Origin: Callorhinchus milii
Lineage: Eukaryota
Assembly (NCBI RefSeq): GCF_018977255.1
Contig: NW_024704762.1
Location: 6,262,001-6,326,000 of the forward strand
DNA length: 64,000 nt
Direction: 5' to 3'
Position numbers and translations under genes: made by a program. Of the stretch, positions 1-12,337 are shown in pieces. Within the stretch, counting starts at the first letter, position 1, and the number at the start of each line of letters is the position of its first letter. Under the pieces are notes generated by a model. That model ran no database searches. It was not told where the DNA came from and saw nothing but the letters and a program-made list of their open reading frames with translations.

Positions 1-399
1 CGCGATCGCCCACAAATATACAGTCAATTCACTTTACAGTATATTCTGTGAAGCGCTTTGGGACGTCCTCCTGACATGAAAAGCGCTATATCAAATGCAA
101 AGATTATTATTATTATTGTTATCTTTGCAGAATACTTGCCCTAGTGTCCTCCGATCACACCATGAAGAGTGTCCAGGCCTCACCCAGCCTTCCAGGCTAA
201 CCTGTTCCAATCATTATTCTGGGTAAACAAATACGTCCTGGTGTCTGTCCTGAAATTTCCCCTGTGAAACTCTAAACCTGCGTTCTCTTGTTCTAATAAA
301 AACAGTCCTCGCCTTATCATGTTATCGAGACATCTCAAAGTGCTTCACAGGACATACTGTTCTCCTGTCTTGGTGCATCAAGAGAACAGCTTAATATAG

Positions 400-850
400 C
401 TCCAATTCACATTGTCAAAACAGCTCAAAGCGCTCCACAGCATTTACAATAGGGTCCAGTGACCCTGTATTTTATTTTTTAGGTGAACACGGCAGTGAAT
501 TTGCGCACAGCAATGTCCCACAGACAGACATGAAGTGAATGTCCAACTTTGTGTGGGGCATTCAAGCCCTCTGAGACTCTACCCTACGTGAGGGGCGCTA
601 TATAAATGGAACTTGTTGTTGTTGTTGATTGTTGGCCAGGACACCGGGAGAAACACCCTTGTCTTTTCGAATAGCGCCGCGGGTTTTTGGCAAATGAGAG
701 CTCGGTTCAACATCTCATGAGAAGGATGGCATTCAACAGTATCAAAGCTCCCACCAGCACTACACTGGAGCAGCAGCCAAGACTATATGAGTTCAAACTC
801 CTGACGTGGGAGACACAGAGGCGAGAGTGAAAGCTAATGCTGACCGACTG
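400..850 (-). mobile_element. DeuSINE-type SINE interrupted by a short plus-strand L2 tail (563-627)
   Basis: Same core as 5207-5590; the insert is flanked by ATT. Confidence 0.65.
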
Positions 851-1496
851 TCATAAATAGAATAGAGCGTAGTGCTGGATATAAAAAAATTGGCTTCAAG
901 CAAAACACAGAGTAGTTATTAAGGAGAACTTCGGAAGCTTGAGAGAGTTTACAAGTTGGTTAGATCAGAGGTCGTAATGAACTTTTCAACTTAAAGAAAA
1001 GCTTTTTATTGTTAAGAAGCCCATCATATGACCAGCTCTTTAATGACATTTAAAAAAATTAATTGCCATTCCAGCGTTACATTTATTCTTCAGTGCATTT
1101 ACAGTCCTCGTTCTCCTTAGGGCTCCAGAGGAAGACAAGAAAATCCCATTCCCCCCCCCCCCCCCCCGATCTGAACCATTCCTCTGGTGTAAGCACTAAC
1201 AGTAATAATAATTCCCCACATTTGATACAACGTCTTACCAAGGCGTCAAGATGTCTCAAAGAGCTTCACAGGACTTACTGTGACTGGGATTTTGTCGGCA
1301 AACGAGGCACCCAATTTCTACACAGCAACGACCCACAAATATTTATATGACATCTTCAGCACATTTAGATTCTGCCTTGGAAATGTCATAAACTGTCGGT
1401 TCGTTGACATTACATTTGATCCTTGTGAGAGACTGGATTTCTGGCACTTTCATTCTCCCAAACCATATGTCTTACTAAGCCTTCTCGGTAGTCCTT

Positions 1497-1853
1497 GTGG
1501 AGTCCTGCAGCTCAGTGGTTAGGGCACTCGCCCCGCAAGCGAGAGACCTGGGTTCGATTCCCGGCAGGGCGAAACCTCAGGCACGTTTCCTTACTCCACA
1601 CGTCTCTGTTTACCTAGCAGTCAGTTGTTAGTCGATTGGTGGACGGCTTTTCCTGGGGTAATAATTCCTTCAAAAAATAAAAATAAATAATAAGTTGGTC
1701 ACTGCTGTGCACTATTGGCTCCCGCGTTTCGTCCACAAAAAATACAGTCAATTCACTTTACAGTGTATTCTGCGAAGCGTTTTGAGACGTCTCGAAGACG
1801 TGATAAGGCGCTATATCAAATGCCAGGATTATTATTATCATTATTATTATTAT
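1497..1853 (+). mobile_element. Full-length tRNA-headed SINE with L2-type 3' end and (ATT)n tail
   Basis: A box (AGCTCAGTGG), B box (GGTTCGATTCC), anticodon-like stem ctcgc/gcgag, body shared with many copies in the window. Confidence 0.88.
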
Positions 1854-4409
1854 TCTCATTTCACAACTGTTCTCTTTAGCTAAACTGCCCGGAGACTTCG
1901 AAACCAGCAACCCACAAAATAAAGATTTTGCTTTTCCCCTCTCAAAGTAAATTCTCCTCTTATTTTCCTGTTCTGAGAAGACCAGTCATTGGGAGGGGGG
2001 GGGGGCCGGGGGGCAGGGAATCATCCCGCTCAGCTCCGGTTGACGCCGCAAGCCGTAGCCCTAACGGAATCTACGTGCATGTGTCAGACGCCCGAGAGGT
2101 CAACATCAACGTCAAGGCAGAGCGAAAGAAGTCAAACCTCACACAATGTTTCGTTCCGGTAACAAATCAGAGGATCGCAATCTCTCATGATTTTAGGCTT
2201 AAGACCAAATAATAATAATAATAACAATAATAATAATAATAATCCTTGCATTTGATACAGCGGCTTCTCATATCTTCGAGACGTCTCAAAGCCCTGCGCA
2301 GGATATACGGTAAAGTGAATTGACTATATTTTCTCGGCGAAATGGTCTTAACATTAATGGTGACGCAGGGGCCCATTCTGCAAGGTCTAAGAGATTAAGA
2401 ACCGTGAAGTGAATCTCGATCTGATTGGAAATTATCATCATAAATCTTTACTCCGGCCAGACAATGAAGAAGAAATGAAGCTCTCAAGGCAAGAGCACAT
2501 TACAAGGTTTTACAGCAGCTCTTGAAGTGTTTTTTAGGGGTGGAGGGGGGGGGTTCCCCTTTGGAGGAGTGCATTTTGTATTGACTTAATTAGGTATTTC
2601 TTCTGTCACGGGTGGATGATAAAGATCCCATGGCACTATTCGAAAAGAGAAGGGAGTTCCTCTCTGCCAGTGTCCTGGCTTGACAATCCCCCAGATAAAA
2701 TTAGTCATCCACTTCTTGGCTGTTTGCGGGACATTTGATGTGCACGGATTGACTGCTACACACACCTACAAAACGCAGTCGCTGCACTTACACTAGATGC
2801 TGTCAAGCACTTTGAGACGTTGTGCTGTTATATGGGCGTTGTACCAAACGGCAGGTATACTTTTTCTATTGTGTTGAAGCAACGGAAAACAGTTGGGAAT
2901 GTTTGAAATCTGTCAAGGGGGGCAGTCGATCCACAAAAGCCTTGTGTTTGAAGATTGTTTTGTGTTTAGCAATAATTGCTATTGCTATGTTGTCATTTCC
3001 CAGCTGCACATACCTCTGTCCTCTCCTCTCCTCCCTCCACTCAAACCAGATGACAGCCTAATGTTTGCAGTGCGGAGGGAATAATCTTATAAAGGCAATG
3101 TTGTAATTTACAGTGTGCTGCCCTGATGGTGTGGATTCAATGCTATGTTAATCGATTCCAGATGTCCAAATAAACTCGAGTTTCCCATAGATGTTTCAGC
3201 AATATGATCTCAATTAGAGGACAGATTTGGGCCCATATCACTGGAGCAATTGCACATTAAAAATTCGCTTCAATGTGCTCGGAGCACCTTATTAAATTAA
3301 CGACGAAAAGAAAACTAATCCTTGGGTGTGACGTGAAGTATGGGAATAAGAAATGCTTTTTTTTTCTCTCTCTCTCTCTCGCTCGCTCTCCCCATTGTTT
3401 TCAAAGGAATGAAGTGAAAGTAGCTCTGAGGAGAAATAAACACAGCTTCACTCTCGATTCCAAATGATTCCCATCAACTGGAACTGTTTGTGTCAAATCC
3501 ACCCCAGACTTTCGAGTCGAGTTTTAACCCACAAGTTGTGGTAAAGTCTTTCAAACCACCGTGAAACTTTATACCAGAACCATTAAGGTGAAAATAACGT
3601 GGAGATGTAATAATGTCGCGAGACAGAGGCCAGGATTTAGGTTGAGACCAAAGCATGTAGCAAGGAACAACTCTTTGCATCTATTATTAGTAGAAAGATA
3701 TGAGGTTTTTTATTTTCCAACCGTTGATAATCTGCCGTGGTTTCTTTGATAATTTCTCAGTCTCTTTTGGGTTGAATAATGGCAGCGTTGGACAAGCCGA
3801 ATAGTGTAACGCAAAGCAATAGCAGAACTCCAAAGCTGCAGATGGATCATTCCTTTGAAAAAAAATTCTGTTCACATGGCATTTTTCTCGGCACTCGTTT
3901 CGACTGGAGGGTGAACGGGTGATATTAGTCAAAGCCAATGGCCAATCTCTCAGCCCTTAGGGATACATTATAAGATTTGTAAAATTAATTATACCTTTGT
4001 GTTTCTCTCTTCTAAAATAGAAACTTAAATAACAAGCAGGATTTCGATGAGTGCCAGAGGCAAAAGAATTGTAGCAACAAGCAAATTAGCCTTTGATAGA
4101 ATTGCTGTAGCGTAGCATTTAGTCTTGAAATATGAGCGTCCATGTTTTTTTAATGTGACGTATAAAGCCTGGTGCACTTTTCATGTTTGTTTTAACATCG
4201 TTCTCTTCTGACCTTCATTGTTCCCCGATCTCAACCTACATTTTGTTCATTTTCTGAGTGGCAGTGGTTGCTACTGAGGGAGAGGAAAGAGAGAGAGAGA
4301 GAGAGAAAGGAAGAGAAGAAATAATAATAATCCTTGCATTTGACCTAGCGCCTTACCACGTCTTTGAGACGTCTCAAAGCGCTTCGCAGAATACGCTGTA
4401 AGGTGTAGT

Positions 4410-4671
4410 NNNNNNNNNNNNNNNNNNNNNNNNNNNNNNNNNNNNNNNNNNNNNNNNNNNNNNNNNNNNNNNNNNNNNNNNNNNNNNNNNNNNNNNNNNN
4501 NNNNNNNNNNNNNNNNNNNNNNNNNNNNNNNNNNNNNNNNNNNNNNNNNNNNNNNNNNNNNNNNNNNNNNNNNNNNNNNNNNNNNNNNNNNNNNNNNNNN
4601 NNNNNNNNNNNNNNNNNNNNNNNNNNNNNNNNNNNNNNNNNNNNNNNNNNNNNNNNNNNNNNNNNNNNNNN
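4410..4671. other. Assembly gap
   Basis: Run of N. Confidence 1.
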
Positions 4672-5206
4672 GAATCAGTCCTCTTTAATCTTTTGAATTT
4701 TTCTGATTAAATCAGATTTTTTTAAAATGGAATGACGTCAAATTAATAAGGGAGAAGCAAGTTTAATTAAAGGTACTTTTTGCCTTATAACTAATTGATG
4801 TTTGTCGATGGAGTTAATTATTTAGATATTTTAATTATGAATAAATAACAGGCCTTTTGGTTTTCGCAATTAGGTTTTAAGGAGTAATAATTTATTGTGT
4901 TTCTATAATTGATTGGAAAATACATCCATATAAACTCTGGACTGAATAATGACTGAAACTGGGATGTGCTGTAGCACTAGACTCTGAGTTGCTAAAGGGC
5001 CCTTTGGGTTTGGTTTACCTGATGTCTTGGGAGATGGCTTTTGCGGCGTTCTTTGCATTGTACTTAAATTCTCTTCCCATTTGGCTTGGCTGGTAAACAG
5101 CACGTTAATGAAAGATGTGCTCTGTACAGTTATTCAGCGCTCATCTTTCCCATTTAGAAAGGAGACCGGCAGATGTTTACAGTTGGGCTCCCCCTGAAGT
5201 ATCCGA

Positions 5207-5590
5207 TTACTGTAAAGTACGCTGACTCTGTGTATTTGTGCCCAAATGCGGCAACCAGTTTGGGCACAGCAATAGCCCACAAACAGCCATGAAGTGAGTG
5301 ACCAATTTTATTCTGAGGGCTTGTTGGCCTGGACACCGGGAGAAGCTCCCTTCTATTTTCCAATAGTGCCGTGGGATTTTTACCACCCACCTGAACAGGT
5401 ATGCGGCACCTCGATTTAAACATCTCAGCCACAGGACAACACCTCTGTCAAAGCAGCACTCCCTCCCAGCTTTAACCCCAGTACTATACTGGAGCACCAG
5501 CCTAGACTGTGAGCTCACAGTCCCGATGTGGGGCTTGAATCCACAACCATCTAACTCAGAGGTGAGAGTGCTACTTACTGAGCCTGGTTG
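5207..5590 (-). mobile_element. DeuSINE-type SINE
   Basis: Reverse complement of the 50620 family (ggacaccgggagaagctccc...gtgccgtgggatttt...ccacaaccatctaactcagagg). Confidence 0.78.
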
Positions 5591-6288
5591 ACAAACCTGT
5601 ATGTTCACTAACTATCCAGCTATAACATGACAACAACAATAATAATTATAATCCTTGCATTTGCTATAGCGCCTTTCACGTCAGGGGGACTTTACACAAA
5701 GAATAACACTCACCGTAAAGTGGAGTGACTGTGTGCTTTGTGGGTAAACATGGCTAATGCTAAAATGAGGATAAATAGTGATGTTTGAAGTTCGGTTAGT
5801 TGTACCGCGAGTGTATAAAGACTCACTGGGCAGGTGGTTCCTGTAATAAATCTCCAATTTTATTGCTTAATCTCACTGTAAAACGAATAACAACATAGCT
5901 ACCTATCCCTGACGCAGCAGAATTTTCTGGGTAAGTAAACCCAGGCAGTGGGAAAAGAAAGCTCTTGTGCTTTATGTGAAAACGGAACCCATCGCCATGT
6001 TATTCATCGCCAGCTGTGGCAACAGTGGGGTGAAAGGTCTTGCTGATGGCTTTCTGCCAGGATAATATTCCTGGCCTTGCTACGTTTGGCTCCAGCAGCT
6101 GTAAGAATTCAAAAAGTGCAAAGATTTTTATCTTCTCTTCATTTGTAACTAACAAAAACAATTGGCTTGTTCTGTTCTGTGGCAAAGTGGGCAGCCGTAT
6201 TCCCACATACAGCCGCGGAATGAATGGCCAATTCTTATTCCATGGCAATCGTGGGCCAGAGAAACTCCCTTCTCTTTTCAAGCATCCA

Positions 6289-6580
6289 AGTGGAGACTTG
6301 TAGCGAATGGTTGGAGCACTCGCCTCACAAGTGGGACGACCTGGGTTTGATTCCCGGTCAGGCAGGGTGAAACATTAGGCCAATTTCCTTACTCCACACA
6401 TGCCTCTGTTTACCTAACAGTAAGTAGGAAACCAGTTGTTGAATCCAGGGAGCAATAATCCCTTAAAAAAAAATTGGTCACCGGATCCACAACCGTTTGG
6501 GGGATACTGCTGTGCACAATTGGCAGCCGTGTTTCGCTCACAAAATATACAGTCGATTCACTTTACAGTATATTCCGTGG
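6289..6580 (+). mobile_element. tRNA-headed SINE lacking the tail
   Basis: gtggagacttgtagcgaatggttggagcactcgcc...ctgggtttgattccc head plus body of the 1497 family. Confidence 0.8.
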
Positions 6581-7371
6581 ATTGTTGGCCAGGAGTAACT
6601 CCCTCCTCTATTCGACAAAGTGGCAAACCGAATCATTTTTTACTGATCTTTCACTTTCCTCTGATAAATATTTTTCTTGCGCAGCAAAGAGTTTATTTAA
6701 CCCCAATCGACCGTATTTACATTGAAGGCGTATCAGTCTTCAAAGGGCAGCAGCCCTGGGGAGTAATTAATGAGGCAGGCAGTGCCATAGGTGTGCTAGG
6801 CTTGTAAGTTGCTTTCCTGAGGCTTTCCATTCATTCCCTCCTCCTCCCCCACGCCCCGACACTCTCTCTCACTTTCTCTCTCTCTCTCGCTCGCTCTCTC
6901 TCTCTCACTCTCCCTAAATCAATAAGGTATGTACAGTTCAGTTGGCCTCCCAGTTCAGTTCTGGTGTAAACTTACTTTCACCAGCTGTGATTTCAATCTG
7001 ATCCATTTCGATGGGCAAAAACTCCAATGTCTCCTGTCGCTCGCTCATTGCAGGCTGAATCCCAATCAAAATACGCACACAATACAACACAAAATGACAT
7101 TTGCATACGACGCCTTTCACATCGGGAGGACATCTCAAGGCCTCTAGATAGTGGAGGCATTTGCCTTTAATGTCGCGTTTAATTAAAGGGGGAATTGGCC
7201 ATCGGGATGGTGAGAGGCAGTGTAACTTCAAGAGGAAGACTTTTAGACAATTCTTAGCCCAATGTGAACTTCACTTGATCTCCTGGCTCACATTAGAGGC
7301 TGTCACTGAGGGTGTGGAATTCACTGAAGGTCGTCCATGCAGAATGTTTTAGGAACGTTTAAAGGGAAGAT

Positions 7372-7580
7372 AGAATCATAGACTAATAGAATATTGCAGC
7401 ACAGAAAGAGGCCATTCGGCCCATCGTGCTGCCTGCGCTGGCTCTTTGAAAGAGCTACCCAATCAGTCCCACTCCCCCCACTTTTTTCCCATAACCTTCC
7501 AAATTTGTCCTCTTCGAGTACCTATCCAGTTCCCTTTTGAAAGTTGTCACTGAATCTGTTTCCATCACCCTTTCAGATAG
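7372..7580 (-). mobile_element. CR1-clade LINE 3' fragment
   Basis: agaggccattcggcccatcgtg...gctctttgaaagagcta is the reverse complement of a CR1 3' UTR; similar to the 59935 copy. Confidence 0.7.
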
Positions 7581-8484
7581 ATAACAATAATGTAAGATAA
7601 TCCTTGCGTGTGATATAGTGCCTTATTAAGTCGTCGAGACACCAGGAAGTTACCAGGAAGGATGGCTCAAGACATCATAATGGATCATTTCAGAAACAGC
7701 TTGATGCTGTAAGACTGTAAAGCGGGTGTTCGGGAAGGAAGAGAATAGAATTCTTCCTCTAACCCTCTCTAGTAAACTGTTATTCCAGGATCCCTTTGCT
7801 CATCGTATGCTTCCAGTGCTGCAAATATTCCTGAACTCTCCGTCTCAACCAGACATTACCGAAGACAAAACCCCCAGGTGTTTTTTTTTAAAACGGAAAC
7901 AAATCACTTCTTGGCAGTTTGAGAGGAGAAAGCAAAAAATTGGATATTTTCCTCTGTCGATTCGCTTTGCCAAGCAGTAATGTGAGTTCAACAGTGCTTT
8001 GGACATATTTCAGACTAGACAGAGTGGCCAAGGCAATGTTTAGCATGTTAGTCAGCTCAAGAGCTGAACAACCTTGTGACTGGAACTTTGCTGCGAAGAA
8101 ACTTACTGCTCGGAGCCAAGCGCAGCACTGAAATCGCACGAATATTGTCTTGTTGGAAACTATCAATAATAATAATAATAATCCTTGCATTTGATACAAG
8201 GCCTTTCACGTTGGGATGAGGTTCACAAGGCGCTTCACGGAGTTTTAACGTGAAGTGCAGCTACTGTGTTACTTTGTAGGTGTACCAAACACAAAGGCTT
8301 TTCTGAAATCACCCAGGAATTTGAAAGCTTAGCCTGGACTTCAACAGTGTTTTGAACCGTCACAAACAGGTCACCTATCTCGCTGTTACAGTGTCCTGGA
8401 ATTCCTCTGATAGACAGAGAGTGCAGCCGTTAGTTAACCTTGGGCCTGTTGGTGACCTTGAGTGATCTTGTAGTGCAGTGGAAT

Positions 8485-8515
<31 letters not shown>

Positions 8516-8987
8516 GCCCTTGCATTTGATATAGCGCTTTATCAGGACATCTCAAAGCGCTTCACAGTGTATACTCTATACTGTGGATTGACTGTGTATT
8601 TTGTGGATAAATATGAGAATTTGGTGGTCAAATAAGGAGATGATGTTAAGTGATTGTGTGTAGGTGGATGTTTCAGATAACCCCAGTCCTATCCTCACAC
8701 AATGTCTATCAATGGTCATTGTCCAACAGGGAGCAATGGGGAGAGAGATGAGAGCCAGCTGATCTTTTACCTACAAGAGCAGAGGTACTGAAGCTAATTG
8801 TTGTGTGTTTCACACAGACACACACACACACAGCACACACCAATGATCAACGCCAAGGCCGTTCTGGTCCGTAGGACTCAGAACCACACCATTGCGCCAC
8901 ATTGATCCATTGGAGAACCCCAAGAGGGAGTTGGTTCGGAATGGACAAGAGCAATGAGGCAAGAAGGAACCCGTCTAAAGGAGGGAC

Positions 8988-9030
<43 letters not shown>

Positions 9031-11149
9031 AATAGACAGGATGAACTGGATCTCATCTGTCTTTGCCACCTGACGGTTGGATTTCATGGCTATTTGTGGA
9101 ACATCGCTATGTGCAAATTGGCTGTCGCGCTCACCCACAACACACACAGTCGCTACCCTTCGCAGTAAATCCTGTGAAGCGCTTTGAGGCGTCCTCCTGA
9201 TGTGAAAGGCGCCGTCTACGACGAGAAGATTGTTATTACGTTTTATTAATAAAAATAAATGACCCTCGGAGCCCATGAGAAGGAACAAGGGCAGGAAAAA
9301 GTGTGCAGCCTAAAGCCCTTTCTTTATAAGACATTAAACTGTAATCGACACAGCTGAACGGGGTGGAAAATATGAATGGTGAGAAAATAGCACATGTGCA
9401 CAATGGAACATATTTTCCACGAAACTTGTATTTTTTTGGTCCAGAGATGTTTATTTTCTTAAAGGGAAGTAAAGGTCCTCAGGAAGTACTTTGTGTTCTA
9501 AGTGATTTCCACTTCCTCCCCCCCCACCACCATCCGCCCCCCACCTCCCCCCCACCACCACCTCCACCCCCTCACTATTGAAACATCTGACAGGATTTAC
9601 TGTAAAGTGTAGTGACTGTATCTTATGGGTGAACAGAACAGCTAATTTGTGCGTACAGCAACGTCCCAGAAACAGTCACGACAATCTGGGGGATTCTTCT
9701 CGCCCAGCGCCGTGGGATCTTTGAAGTCCGCCTGATCAGGCGCAGACGGGACCTCGGTCTAACGTCTCCTCCAAAGGACAGTGCCTCCGACATTGTAGCA
9801 CTCCGCACCAGCCCCGCTCTGCAGTGTCAGTCTCGGCCGTGCGCCAGGCTGACACTAAACATTGGCGGCCATACTGAAGAAGTCAGTCGCCATTGTATTC
9901 GAGAGAGTTGTGAACAGTATTCGAGTTGGGATATTTTTTTATAACTGAAGCACAAGTCTGGCAAAGGAACGCCTTTCATCACAAACCTCTACTGACCCTT
10001 GCTGGTCATGTCTACTAAGTGCAGGGGGAACTTTGGCAGCCATGGTTGCTGAATGTTTTCTAATGTGACCTGTTCAGTTCCCCCACCCACCCTTGGAGGT
10101 CACAGGATAGCTGAACGACAGCCTCTGCTCAAGTGCGTTGGGAATCCGAATTCCCGTCTCAACAGTCGTTCGAGAAGGATGACGTATTTGCATAACTGGG
10201 AAAGGAAAGAGGAACCAATAACGGTTCTTTTTTTGAAACTGTTTTTGAAATTCTCAACTCTGGCTTCGAGAGGCCAATTTACACGGAATAATGTTAGGGA
10301 GAGATACAGCCACAAACCTGAGAGCACAGGAGCGTTTTTAAGAGAGCTCCTGGTGCAGGGCCTTTTACGATTGAACGGCAAGCAGGGAACAAAGGAAAAC
10401 GGGAGTGCGAGGAGGCCACTCAGCCCATCGAGCCTGTTCCTAGGTGTCCAGTTTAGGTGGCACAACTAGGAGCACTCTTTGCTGTGAGATGTGGGTTGTG
10501 GGTTCCAGACACACACCGGGACCTCATGTAGTCTTGGCTGACACTCCGGTGGAGCACTGCATTGTTGGAGGTGCCGTCCACCTGAACTGGGCGCAGACAG
10601 AACCACATCCGAAGGACGGCACCTCCGACAGTGAGGCGCTTTGTCGTTTGACCAAACCTCTCCTGCTCTGGGGTGTGGCGGAGATTAAGCTTCCCGGCGG
10701 ATCTGTGTCCACACATTCCTCGCAACATCTGCCGAGCAAAGTCTGCGGGCGGGCTCTCCAGCTGCACAGAACGTTCTGTTTCTGAGGTGGGAAAACCAGA
10801 GACCGAAACCGCTAGACGAGTCCCAGTTGGGCCAGCTCCTGACGAGAGGTCCCTCGGTACACAGAGGATGGGAACGGTGGGATTGTTATTTTTGACGTGG
10901 ATAGATCAAATGCTTTGTTGCAGAAAGAGGAGACTTTAGAGGCAGCAGGTCAAAGGGCTCCAGTTCCTAATGATGTTGTCAACGGACGTATCATTGTTGC
11001 AGATGTGCGACTGGGCTGAGAAGTTTGGCTTCAATCCGTCTCGGTCTCGCTCTAAGGACACAGTGTGGGTTTGCTTTGTGCAACACAGCACATCTGTCTC
11101 AGTCAGAGCCAGTCCATGTGCGATGCGCTCATGGTACGTGGAAGCTTAC

Positions 11150-11530
11150 AACGACAATAACAATTTGTGTTTGTATAGCACCCCTCAGGCAGGGTAGTGT
11201 CCCGGAGCGCTCAACAGTGGCGGAGCGCAACTCCGAGGAGGGGGGGAGTGGGGAGTTGACCCTCAGCTACGGTCGAATAGGAAGGTCTTCAGGCGTGACC
11301 TGAAAATGGGGGAAGGAAGGGGCAAGGCGGAGGGATAGAGGAAGAGTGTTCCAGAGTTTTGGGGCTCAAAAGCTCGACCTCCGATGGTGGGGCACAGGGC
11401 GCAAGGGACGAGCAGGAGGCCGGTGCCAGTCGAGCGGAGGTGCCGGGTGGTGGATTGGGGAGTGAGAGGTAGGGAGGTGCCAGGGAGTCAAGGGATTTGA
11501 ACACGAGCGTGAGGATCTTGAAGTCGATCC
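11150..11530 (-). mobile_element. L2 3' fragment
   Basis: Reverse strand reads FKILTLVFKSL..LAPPYLS-like, similar to the end of the 20621 L2; ends in a tail motif and (TTG)n. Confidence 0.7.
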
Positions 11531-12337
11531 CACATTGCTGTCATGCCCACCTTCCTTCTTCCTCATCCGTGCAAGATTGCAAAGCCTTCCTTCTTAATGT
11601 CCTATCGGCGACGTCTTGTGAAGCTATACAAGACTTCTGTATTTACTAACTATTTTAGCCCCGGTAGGAAGGCTGAGATTATCGCCGCATGCCTATGATC
11701 CGTGGATATTCTGGGCCCCGATAATACTAATTATTGATAATAATTAACACTTTACACTTGATGCAGCGTCGTTCGCGTTTTGTAGGCGAATGTGGCAAAT
11801 CAGGCACGTTTAGAATTACGCTGCACTGGGAGACAGGGAAAGGCTGGGCCACAGTCACTCGTGATTAAACCCACCGGAGAAGCTATCTGATGTCTTCCTG
11901 TTACCCGGACTTTGACTTTGACGCGTTCAACAGTAACCAAATCAAGCATTTATTTGTTTATTTGTTTGTTTGCTTGTTTATTTATTTTCTTTCTTTATTT
12001 ATCGATTTATTTATTTCAACCCATTCGGGATGTTGTTACGTCGCAAAAGATTAACAGCGTCGGAAGTAGGTCGTCAACTCCGCCCGTCATCCCCATTAAC
12101 ATCACAGAAAAAAACAATCGAAGCTGAATCATGGACCGTGTTTGGGCTCCTCATTCATTTTTGCAAAAGAGAGAAGGAGGAATCGCCGCAGTCAACCTAC
12201 ACTATTAAGCGTTGCAGCGGAAAAGACTCTACAGTGCTGGACATCCACAGACTTAAATCAGCTCGGAGGGGAACGAACATAGCATCGAAGGTCGGAGAAA
12301 GTGGTGCGGGAGGAGTTGAAGGTGGGAGCGATTTCTC

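Noticed and set aside
1497-1575. tRNA-Ala-like cloverleaf (also at 6289, 16420, 51394, 58306)
   Set aside because: The acceptor stem does not close and each runs into a SINE body and tail; these are SINE heads, not tRNA genes.
1-12000. 3' exons of NFIC expected from human synteny
   Set aside because: No NFI-like peptide with splice sites was recognised; ORFs 1928..2212 and 2893..3084 resemble nothing I know.
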